From NCBI GenBank assembly GCA_965204375.1, contig OZ241986.1, positions 2,336,001-2,400,000 on the forward strand: a stretch of DNA of 64,000 bases, written 5' to 3'. Positions within the stretch are counted from its first letter, which is position 1; each line of letters opens with the position of its first letter. Shown here piece after piece: positions 33,397-41,567 of this stretch. A program made the translations under genes and the position numbers. The stretch is from Candidatus Latescibacterota bacterium (GTDB lineage: Bacteria > Latescibacterota > UBA2968). The notes below the pieces were generated by a model. That model searched no databases and was not told the DNA's origin. It saw nothing but the letters and a program-made list of their open reading frames with translations.

Positions 33397-33409
33397 CCCC
33401 CCCCCCCCC
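33397..33409. repeat. C13 homopolymer tract in AT-rich intergenic region
   Basis: atgtta-CCCCCCCCCCCCC-gaatttttc seen directly. Confidence 0.9.
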
Positions 33410-33678
33410 GAATTTTTCAAATTCAGAATCGCTATCTTATGCGATTTTTTTGTACTGCCCGCTGAGATAACTCTAAAAATTATCACACCCAATCTGTCCA
33501 TATTTATTCGGTATTACTCTATGGACATTTTGAAGTCACACATCGCGTACTTTTCTGTATTGGTTATAGCACTCTGGGATATTGCGATGGCACTGCTTTC
33601 CACGACCTGAGTGGATACCACAACGCACTGTAAAAGTGTAGAAATTTAAAAAAGTCACTCCAACAGGATGCGAATAGT

Positions 33679-35790
33679 ATGACCGATGCAAAAATAATGA
33701 TTGTCGAAGACAATGCCTCCGGCGTTGCCCACCTTGAAGAATGCCTGAAAAACCTGGGATACACAGTGTGCGCTGCAGTTTCGTGCGGACGTCAAGCCCT
33801 TGAAAAAGCCGCGGACACGCATCCCGACCTGGCCCTGGTCAATCTCTGTCTCGAAGGGGAGATCACAGGCCCGGAAATAGCCGAGCAGATCGGCAGCCGG
33901 TTCGACATTCCCGTGTTATATCTGACTGACGAAGCCGAGGGAGACCTGTTGCAACAGGCACAGGCGACCACTCCCTTCGGCTATGTGCTGAGACCCTTCG
34001 AGGAGCAACAACTCCACCTGAACATCCTGACTGCCCTCGCGATGCACAAGAAGGAACGCCGGCACAAAGAGACAGAGGTCAGGTTGAAACAGACAATCAA
34101 CAAATTGGAAGATTTCACCCACCTCATGGAAGCGGTATTCAACAGCATGAATGAAGGTGTGGTTGCGGTTGATGAAAACAGGATGCTCATGTTTTACAAT
34201 TCAAGCGCGGGGCGGATCGCCGGGGAGCATCCAGAGCCAGTAGAGGCAGATATCTACACATGGGCCGAAAGGTACGGTGTTTTCAAGCCCGATGGAGAAC
34301 TATTTGGTTCGTTGGATGATAGTCCGATTGGCATTTCTTTGAAAGGCGGAACAACGGACGAAGTCGAGGTACTCATACGCAATGAATTTAAGCCTGAAGG
34401 CGTTCACATCAGGGTTAACAGCAGACCTCTGCTGAGAGAAACAGGTGTTTTGAAAGGGGCCGTGATCGTCTTCCGCGACATCACCACGGAAAAAAAAGTA
34501 ACCGCGGAATTGGACAAAACAATGGGGGAGTTACGCTATCAAAGCGAACTCATGGAAACCTCGTTCAAGAGCATCAGCGACGGCATAGTCGTCGCCGACG
34601 CCGAGGGGAAATTCCTCTACGTCAATCCCGGTGCCGAACACATCGTCGGGATGGGCATAACGGACGGAACCCTGAATGAATGGGTCAAAAAATACGGCAT
34701 TTACTATCCCGACCGGGAAACACCGCTGAAAACGGAGGCTCTGCCCCTGGTCCGCGCCATACACCACGGCGAATCGACAGATGAGCAAGATCTGTTCATA
34801 CGCAACCGAAACAGGCCGGCCGGTGTTTTTATCCGTATGAGCGGATGGCCGCTACTCGATAATACAGGCGGGATCAGGGGAGGTGTAATCATTTTCCGCG
34901 ACGTTACCAGGAGCGTGCTCGCCGAGGAGGCTCTGGATCGGGCATTCGCGCAAGGGCGCATGGAGATCGTGGATACCATTCTCCACAACATCGGCAACGC
35001 CATCACCAGTGTCACCACGGGTATTGAGACTGTACGCAGGAACCTGACGAATGATCAAGCCGGACGCCGTCTTTCCGCGCTGGCCATGGCGATAAAGGCG
35101 CACCGGGAAGACTGGACCAATTACATCGAGAATGACCCGCAGGGCCAGAAGGTTATGCCGTTCATCATCGAACTTGCCGAAGACTTCTCCAGGCAGAACG
35201 AAGAACTGATGAAGACGGTCAGTCGCGTCAGGGACAGGGCGAATCGCATCGCCGATATCATCCGCACACAAAAGACACTCGACAGTGCCAACATGGATCG
35301 CAAGGACATCGACCTTCAAGACGCGCTCTCGAGTCCTTTCAGGGTATTGAGAGATTCGCTCAACAAAAGGGGGATCCATACCAGCATCGACTGCGAAAAC
35401 GCACCGCAGGAAATTCGTATCCAAGAGAGCCAGTTTCACCAGATGCTGATCAACCTGGTTAAAAATTCGATTGAAGCCATTGATGATCTCGCAGGTACTC
35501 ATGGATTCGACGAAACGCCCCGTATTGGGATAGAGGCCAGCATCAGAGACGATTTTTTTTATCTACAAGTAATCGACAACGGCATCGGCATAAAAAATAA
35601 AGACACCAGGGTGATCTTCTCCCCTAATTATACCACAAAAGAATCTGGGACCGGGCTCGGTCTCCATTCGGCGGCCAATTTCGTCATTGCTTCGGGTGGA
35701 AAAATTCAGGCTTTGAGCGAGGGCACTGGTAAGGGCACGACGATGCGCATCATGCTGCCGCTTTCCTCGGTGACGACCAGTGACGGTTGA
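33679..35790 (+). CDS. Soluble sensor histidine kinase: atypical REC, two PAS, HisKA-like, HATPase
   Basis: REC-like N-terminus KIMIVEDN; two PAS-like segments ending V(I/V)IFRD-type motifs; H-box ILHNIGN; N-box NLVKNSIEAI; DNGIGI; GTGLGL; no obvious TM helix. Confidence 0.9.
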   Translation: MTDAKIMIVEDNASGVAHLEECLKNLGYTVCAAVSCGRQALEKAADTHPDLALVNLCLEGEITGPEIAEQIGSRFDIPVLYLTDEAEGDLLQQAQATTPFGYVLRPFEEQQLHLNILTALAMHKKERRHKETEVRLKQTINKLEDFTHLMEAVFNSMNEGVVAVDENRMLMFYNSSAGRIAGEHPEPVEADIYTWAERYGVFKPDGELFGSLDDSPIGISLKGGTTDEVEVLIRNEFKPEGVHIRVNSRPLLRETGVLKGAVIVFRDITTEKKVTAELDKTMGELRYQSELMETSFKSISDGIVVADAEGKFLYVNPGAEHIVGMGITDGTLNEWVKKYGIYYPDRETPLKTEALPLVRAIHHGESTDEQDLFIRNRNRPAGVFIRMSGWPLLDNTGGIRGGVIIFRDVTRSVLAEEALDRAFAQGRMEIVDTILHNIGNAITSVTTGIETVRRNLTNDQAGRRLSALAMAIKAHREDWTNYIENDPQGQKVMPFIIELAEDFSRQNEELMKTVSRVRDRANRIADIIRTQKTLDSANMDRKDIDLQDALSSPFRVLRDSLNKRGIHTSIDCENAPQEIRIQESQFHQMLINLVKNSIEAIDDLAGTHGFDETPRIGIEASIRDDFFYLQVIDNGIGIKNKDTRVIFSPNYTTKESGTGLGLHSAANFVIASGGKIQALSEGTGKGTTMRIMLPLSSVTTSDG

Positions 35791-35812
35791 TTGAACGTTG
35801 AGAGGATGCTTT

Positions 35813-37675
35813 ATGAAATACGAGAACAACCGCGTCCTGATCGTCGATGATCAGCGCGAGATCCACGACGACTTCACAGAAATGTTGCGTATTGCGCCGC
35901 CGTCAGCCAATGACCTGACGGCGGCGTTCATGCACGAGGAAGAGGAAAACTTTTTGCCGGAGTTCGAGCTTCTGCACGCGAACAACGGCGAGGAAGCATA
36001 TAAAATCATCGCGACGGGAAAGGAATCGAACCGTCCCATCGCCGTCGCTTACATCGACATCAGAATGCCTCCGGGCATTGATGGTATAGAGACGATCCGC
36101 CGGGCGAGAAGAATCGACCGCGATATTGAGGTCGTCATCATGACCGCGTACACCGACAAATCGCTACCCGAGATCGTCCAGGACATGGAATTGCTGCACA
36201 AACTGCTCTATATCAGAAAACCTTTTACGCACGAGGAGATACAGCAGATCACCCTGTCCCTGGTTGGGAAGTGGAACATCGAACAGGAACTATCAGATAA
36301 ACGGCGGCAACTCACCACCAGTCACCGGAGACTGGAAGCTGTACTCAATGCTACTGGAGACGCCATTGCGATGCACAATAGCGCTGGATACCTGATCTTC
36401 GCCAACCAGTTGTACGAGAGACTACTGGGTCTGAAGGAAAGCGAACTAAAGAAAATGCCACCCCGCGATATCGAAGCGCGTATCAAAGAGCTGTTCCGGG
36501 ATCCAGATCTGGGCGACATGGCGGGAAATTTCCCGCTCAATGGCGGCAAAGTGGTGAAAACGACCAGCGAGGGACTGAAGTCGAGGCTGTTCTATTGCTC
36601 TACCGCACCGGTGTGCGACATCCGGGAAGAGGTGATCGGCAACCTCGCCGTGTATCGGGATGTGTCAAAGGAGATTGAGGTCGAGCAAGTGAAGGCCGAG
36701 TTGCTGCGCTTGCGCGCCGAACGACCTGCTTTATTTCCCGACCTGATCGGCACCAGCTCCGTAATGCAGCAGATGTACGCGCTGATGCAGCAGGCCGCCG
36801 AAAGCGATATCACAGTGTTCATTCGCGGCGAGAGCGGCACAGGTAAGGAATTGGTAGCCAACTCATTGCACGCCAACGGCCCGCGCAAGGATGGGCCGTT
36901 CGTAGCTCTCGATTGCGCCGCCATTCCCGAAACACTCATCGAAAGCGTGTTGTTCGGACATGAACGAGGGGCTTTCACGGGAGCGATAACGCAGAGAATC
37001 GGGGCCTTCATGCGCGCCAATGGAGGCACGCTCTTTCTCGACGAGATCGGCGACATGCCGTATAGCCTGCAAGGCAAGCTATTGCGCGTTTTGCAGGAAC
37101 GGGAAATCCAGCGGATCGGAGGAATAGATCCCATTCCCATCGACATTCGCGTGATAACAGCGACCAACAAGGACCTGGAGCGCGCAGTAAGAGAGGGCAA
37201 GTTCCGCCAGGATCTGTTCTATCGCATCGCTGCCTTCCCCATCCCGATTCCACCGCTGAGAGATCGGCCTGAAGATATTTCCCTGCTGGTCAAGCATTTT
37301 CTCGAAAAATATACTGTCCAGACCGGCAAATCCATAAGCGGCATTTCTCCCCTTGCCCTGCGCCTGTTGCTGCAGTACGATTGGCCGGGCAATGTGCGCG
37401 AGCTGGAGAACGCGATAGCGCGCGCTGTGTTGTTGGAGACGACCGGGGTGCTGCAAGCAGATAACCTGCCGTCTCAGCTATCGTCGACCGTTGCTTCGAA
37501 AAGAGACCTCTCGGCATCACTGGAGATCCTGCCACTGGCCGAGATCGAGCGACAGGCCCTGATCCATGCGATCAACGCCACGGACAACAACATGACTCAG
37601 GCCGCCCAGGCACTGGGTATTAATCGGACGACCCTGTACCGGAAGTTAAAGAAATACAACATTGTCAGAGGTTGA
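35813..37675 (+). CDS. NtrC/AtoC-family sigma54-dependent activator: REC, PAS-like, AAA+, Fis HTH
   Basis: VLIVDD and YIDIRMPPGIDG receiver; Walker A GESGTGKE; GAFTGA; LFLDEIG; WPGNVREL; AAQALGINRTTLYRKLKKY. ATG 35813 follows AGAGGA. Confidence 0.95.
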   Translation: MKYENNRVLIVDDQREIHDDFTEMLRIAPPSANDLTAAFMHEEEENFLPEFELLHANNGEEAYKIIATGKESNRPIAVAYIDIRMPPGIDGIETIRRARRIDRDIEVVIMTAYTDKSLPEIVQDMELLHKLLYIRKPFTHEEIQQITLSLVGKWNIEQELSDKRRQLTTSHRRLEAVLNATGDAIAMHNSAGYLIFANQLYERLLGLKESELKKMPPRDIEARIKELFRDPDLGDMAGNFPLNGGKVVKTTSEGLKSRLFYCSTAPVCDIREEVIGNLAVYRDVSKEIEVEQVKAELLRLRAERPALFPDLIGTSSVMQQMYALMQQAAESDITVFIRGESGTGKELVANSLHANGPRKDGPFVALDCAAIPETLIESVLFGHERGAFTGAITQRIGAFMRANGGTLFLDEIGDMPYSLQGKLLRVLQEREIQRIGGIDPIPIDIRVITATNKDLERAVREGKFRQDLFYRIAAFPIPIPPLRDRPEDISLLVKHFLEKYTVQTGKSISGISPLALRLLLQYDWPGNVRELENAIARAVLLETTGVLQADNLPSQLSSTVASKRDLSASLEILPLAEIERQALIHAINATDNNMTQAAQALGINRTTLYRKLKKYNIVRG

Positions 37676-37728
37676 ACCGGGCAGGCGATCAGGGTCGTGT
37701 ACATATTTTATGTTGTACAATAAAAAAA

Positions 37729-37813
37729 TGCCGAGAACGGGACTCGAACCCGTACGGGCGATTAGCCCAAGGGATTTTAAGTCCCTCGTGTCTACCAATT
37801 CCACCATCTCGGC
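37729..37813 (-). tRNA. tRNA-Leu(TAA), CCA not encoded
   Basis: GCCGAGATGGTGGAATTGGTAGACACGAGGGACTTAAAATCCC...GGTTCGAGTCCCGTTCTCGGCA with long variable arm. Confidence 0.95.
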
Positions 37814-37824
37814 ACTATATAAAA

Positions 37825-37853
37825 AAAATAGTTAAAGGTGTCCTGCTTGTCAA
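37825..37853 (-). promoter_or_regulatory. sigma70-type promoter for tRNA-Leu
   Basis: TTGACA-17 bp-TATTTT on minus strand just upstream of the tRNA. Confidence 0.65.
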
Positions 37854-37875
37854 ACACGCAATTTCCCATACGAGT

Positions 37876-37909
37876 AACCGGTCAATCTCGTCATCGAAAT
37901 TGACCGGTT
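37876..37909. terminator. Hairpin between tRNA-Cys and tRNA-Leu
   Basis: AACCGGTCAAT-N12-ATTGACCGGTT, 11-bp stem; no clear U-tract on the tRNA strand. Confidence 0.5.
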
Positions 37910-37915
37910 GATTTT

Positions 37916-37989
37916 TGGAGGTGCCGGGCGGATTCGAACCGCCGATAAAGGCTTTGCAGGCCTCTGCCTTACCGCTTGGCCACGGCACC
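37916..37989 (-). tRNA. tRNA-Cys(GCA)
   Basis: GGTGCCGTGGCCAAGCGGTAAGGCAGAGGCCTGCAAAGCCTTTATCGGCGGTTCGAATCCGCCCGGCACCTCCA. Confidence 0.95.
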
Positions 37990-38016
37990 CGATACGTATT
38001 TGATCTGCGAAACGTT

Positions 38017-38045
38017 AAAATACCGTACTTTATATCGAATGTCAA
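38017..38045 (-). promoter_or_regulatory. sigma70-type promoter for tRNA-Cys
   Basis: TTGACA-17 bp-TATTTT on minus strand, same hexamers as the tRNA-Leu promoter. Confidence 0.65.
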
Positions 38046-38055
38046 GGGGTGGACA

Positions 38056-38709
38056 TTAACGCGCAGCCCAGTTAATACCGCGCCGCTGGATCTCCTTTGC
38101 CTCTGGAACATCGAAATCCACGGCTTTGTGCCCCAAGGAAGAGTAAAACACGCGCCCCTGTCCCCACATGCGCTTCCAAACCACCGGCATCACACAACCA
38201 TTGACCCAGGGGGCCACATCGGTCTCAAATGTCGTTGTCACCAGCACCTCATTACCCGGATCGGTATGCATATAATACTGCTCGGAATGCATCGCAAAAT
38301 CGCTCAGACCCGCCACAATCGGATCACCCGCTTTTTCCGGCACAATATTGACCTCATAATCGATCACCCCACCCGGGTGCGACACCCACTGCCCGCCCGT
38401 CATCCACTGATAGCCCGTATTATTGCGAAACGCATCGCACATCCCACCGTGCCACCCGGCCAATCCAACGCCACTCTTAACCGCCCCTTGAAGCCCCTGT
38501 TCCTGTTCTTTCTCAATACTCCCCATCGTCCAACAAGGCACAACAACGCTCAGTTCCGACATGTAATCCGCATCCGTATAAACATCCATTAAATCGCGAA
38601 CATCCACGTCAAACCCATCTGCTTCCAGCAACGGCGCAAAAATATCCACACATTCCTTTGGCTCGTGCCCGGCCCAACCACCCCATACCATCAAAGCTTT
38701 TCTGCTCAT
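38056..38709 (-). CDS. ThuA-like (class I GATase-fold) protein
   Basis: [49 protein letters not shown]; GGAG RBS. Confidence 0.85.
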   Translation of the reverse strand: MSRKALMVWGGWAGHEPKECVDIFAPLLEADGFDVDVRDLMDVYTDADYMSELSVVVPCWTMGSIEKEQEQGLQGAVKSGVGLAGWHGGMCDAFRNNTGYQWMTGGQWVSHPGGVIDYEVNIVPEKAGDPIVAGLSDFAMHSEQYYMHTDPGNEVLVTTTFETDVAPWVNGCVMPVVWKRMWGQGRVFYSSLGHKAVDFDVPEAKEIQRRGINWAAR

Positions 38710-38734
38710 CTTTGTCTCCTTTTTGGAAAATCTA

Positions 38735-39790
38735 TCAACTGTCCAGCGTAAAAGAAAGGCCTCTTTCTTCTGCTGTTTTCTTCAAATCATTTAACGTAAC
38801 CATATTCAAGGGTATGCCCTGCGTGCGATACGCGTTGCGCCGCAGAGCTTCGGGTTCACCAGGAGCAAATAGCCGATCCACCCCAGGTGCCCTTTTGCAG
38901 GCGTGAATCTGCTGAATCGCACTGTCAACCCGCGCCTTGAATCGCGCCACATCTTCAAAAGCACCCACCCGAATAGCCGCCACAAAATGACCATCTTCAC
39001 CTGCCTGTGGTCCATCTTCCATATTGCCCAATTCGGTGCCATAGCTCGCGCCGGACAACATAGAAGACAAAATCCCCATCACCATTGCCAGCGCCACACC
39101 CTTAAATTGTCCAATCGGCATCAACAGGCCATCTATCGCCTTTACGGGATCGGTCGTCGGCACCCCGTCTGCATCCATAGCCCACCCTTCTGGCAGGGTC
39201 AGTCCTTTTTGTTGATATACGCGGATTTTCCCATGTGCAGAGCCAGAAAACGCCGCGTCAAAAACAATGGGAAATTCCCCACCAGCGGGAATCGCCACAC
39301 TCAAGGGATTGATACCCAGGATACGCTCGGCACCTCCCCACGGAGCCATTGTGGGCAGAGCATTGGTCGTCGCAACCCCAATCATATCGCAATCCAGGGC
39401 CATACGCGCAAAATACCCCACGGCACCGCAGTGATTACTGCCCCGAATACCCGCGGCCGCTATACCAATATCCCGAGCGCGAGCAATCACCTGCTGCATC
39501 GCAAACGCCATCCCAATCTGCCCCATAGAATTGCCCCCATCCACCACCAGACACGCCCCATTATCCTTCACCACCTCGGCTTTGCCATCTGGGTCCACGC
39601 CATCAACCGTCAACTTCCCCACGTATTCGGGAACGCGCAATACCCCGTGCGAATGTACCCCGCCGAGGTCGGCATCCACCAGCGAATCCGCCAACAGATG
39701 TGCATCCCCTGCATACATCCCACACGTCTCAAAAATCGCCTGCACCAGATCCAACAGCGCCCCAGCAGCCACACGCCTTTCATTCTCCAT
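38735..39790 (-). CDS. Ldh_2 family (type 2 malate/L-lactate/ureidoglycolate/sulfolactate-like) oxidoreductase
   Basis: [45 protein letters not shown]; alternative TTG start 39805. Confidence 0.9.
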   Translation of the reverse strand: MENERRVAAGALLDLVQAIFETCGMYAGDAHLLADSLVDADLGGVHSHGVLRVPEYVGKLTVDGVDPDGKAEVVKDNGACLVVDGGNSMGQIGMAFAMQQVIARARDIGIAAAGIRGSNHCGAVGYFARMALDCDMIGVATTNALPTMAPWGGAERILGINPLSVAIPAGGEFPIVFDAAFSGSAHGKIRVYQQKGLTLPEGWAMDADGVPTTDPVKAIDGLLMPIGQFKGVALAMVMGILSSMLSGASYGTELGNMEDGPQAGEDGHFVAAIRVGAFEDVARFKARVDSAIQQIHACKRAPGVDRLFAPGEPEALRRNAYRTQGIPLNMVTLNDLKKTAEERGLSFTLDS

Positions 39791-39801
39791 TGCACTATCC
39801 C

Positions 39802-40539
39802 TCAATGCTTACACGCTACATGTCGATCTTTGTATATCCCCTTTAGAAACTTTTCTGGATTGAGTTCTTCTGGCAAATAATGCCATGCCGTACTATAGCG
39901 CGTGCGATTGCTGTGGTTATCATAAGCACCGTGAAGGAGATTGGCGGAAAACAGAACAACAGTACCAGCGGGAATGACCAGATCCACAGCCTGCGATTCA
40001 TCGACCTGTGTCCAACTGCCGTGCCTACCTATATTTCTGCGATGCTCCATAATCTCACCCATCCGGTGGCTACCGGGCACCACCCGCAAACACCCATTCT
40101 CCAAATCTGAATCTTCCAGATAAATCCCGCAACTGATAATGCGATCCGTATCGGTCCCAAAATAAAAATTGTCCTGATGCCAGCCCGTTGACGTACCGCC
40201 ATTGGGCAACTTGGGAAAAAACTTGGTACCAAACAAATCGATATTTTCACCAATCAACGCCGCCACGCGTTCTAAAATCGCCGGTTCTCGCGCCAGTTCC
40301 AACACGCGGGAATCAACCACGCAAACACCCTGAATTTTGTGCAACAAACCCGCCCGGGGTTCACCGCGCTCGTCTAACTCGAGCGTCCAGTGCGGCACCT
40401 CCTCGGTCAATTTACTACCCTCTGCGACCAGTTCATCAAACACCTGTTTGTAATAGGCCAATCGCTCGCCCTGAATCAGGCTCTCAAAAACGAGATACCC
40501 ATCTCCTCGAAACTGCTGCACCTGTTCCTCGGTCAACAT
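39802..40539 (-). CDS. Phytanoyl-CoA dioxygenase (PhyH) family 2OG-Fe(II) oxygenase
   Basis: WHQD, ENGCLRVVPGSH, LLHGA..N.S..TR; RBS AAGGAGG before ATG 40539. Confidence 0.9.
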   Translation of the reverse strand: MLTEEQVQQFRGDGYLVFESLIQGERLAYYKQVFDELVAEGSKLTEEVPHWTLELDERGEPRAGLLHKIQGVCVVDSRVLELAREPAILERVAALIGENIDLFGTKFFPKLPNGGTSTGWHQDNFYFGTDTDRIISCGIYLEDSDLENGCLRVVPGSHRMGEIMEHRRNIGRHGSWTQVDESQAVDLVIPAGTVVLFSANLLHGAYDNHSNRTRYSTAWHYLPEELNPEKFLKGIYKDRHVACKH

Positions 40540-40616
40540 AAACCCCTCCTTCAATCAGGATTTCCAAAATACCACAGGATACTCCCCTCTCCCGCCTATT
40601 CTCCGCGTCATCTGTG

Positions 40617-41567
40617 TCATCTGTTTAATCCGCGTTTAATTTCCCGATTCAACTTCGCGGCCTTCACCAACTCGCGCTCCAGCAATTGGTAATAGGTCGC
40701 AGAATCCATCGCCGCCTTTTTCTTCACCAGAGCCTGCACCTCATCAATCGCCTTGCCATAAGCGGCAACAAGCGCGGGCGAAGCGCCCTTGGGAACACGA
40801 AAATTGAGCAAAAAACAACGGTCTGCCAACATTCCATCGCCCGCGTCGATATCGGACAGACGCGTACCCAACCCATCGCCATTATCGTCCAGAATCGCGT
40901 TCTCTGTCGCAATCAGCCCCTCACTCAAAAACCAGGCGTCTGTCAGCGAAGATGCCTGGGTGCAAATCTCCAGAACCGAAATGCGGTCATCGCGATTTTG
41001 ATCGGCACTGCCATCCTCCAATGCCTGCACAAAAAAACGCATAAATTGCGTGGCATTGCGCTGATCCGTACTGCGCGTACTCGCGCATATAATACGCCCA
41101 TCCCGACTCAGAGCATTGACAAAAGGCGCACTCATCGACGCGCCATTGACAACAATAATGCGTCGCGCGGATAACATCTTCAAAAATCCATCCAGATCCT
41201 CCGCCGTCAAATCCGCACCGGGAATATTCAATTTCCCAACCTGACGCCGATAGCTTCCGTGCCCAATTAAAAAAATGAACACATCGTCACCCGACTTTAC
41301 CCGCTCCGACAAACCGCGGAATACATTGCGGATGCCTTTTATTGATGAATTACCATCGGCATTCTCATCCGTCTCATTCACCAATAGCACATTTGCCGCG
41401 GGATGATCGCATCGATCAATCAGCACCCGACGCAACCGCTGCCCCCAATCGTCAAACCGCTCGGAATACTCGCCCTCTCCACCACTACCGCTGATAATCA
41501 CATCGAAAACAGCGGCATTTGCCTGCGCCAGCATCAACACCCAAATAGGGAAAATCCATAATTTCAT
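40617..41567 (-). CDS. Secreted caspase/peptidase C13-like fold protein, probably lacking the catalytic Cys
   Basis: Signal peptide MKLWIFPIWVLMLAQANA; FLIGHGS; VVNGASMSAPF at the expected Cys site; EF-hand-like DQNRDDRISVLE; ATGA overlap with upstream gene. Confidence 0.55.
   Translation of the reverse strand: MKLWIFPIWVLMLAQANAAVFDVIISGSGGEGEYSERFDDWGQRLRRVLIDRCDHPAANVLLVNETDENADGNSSIKGIRNVFRGLSERVKSGDDVFIFLIGHGSYRRQVGKLNIPGADLTAEDLDGFLKMLSARRIIVVNGASMSAPFVNALSRDGRIICASTRSTDQRNATQFMRFFVQALEDGSADQNRDDRISVLEICTQASSLTDAWFLSEGLIATENAILDDNGDGLGTRLSDIDAGDGMLADRCFLLNFRVPKGASPALVAAYGKAIDEVQALVKKKAAMDSATYYQLLERELVKAAKLNREIKRGLNR

Noticed and set aside
33290-33610. 106-aa ORF across the C13 tract
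   Set aside because: AT-rich, TTG start, no recognisable motif; more likely regulatory DNA, although a phase-variable small ORF is not excluded.
37672-38111. ORFs overlapping the tRNA genes
   Set aside because: They translate through tRNA-Leu and tRNA-Cys.
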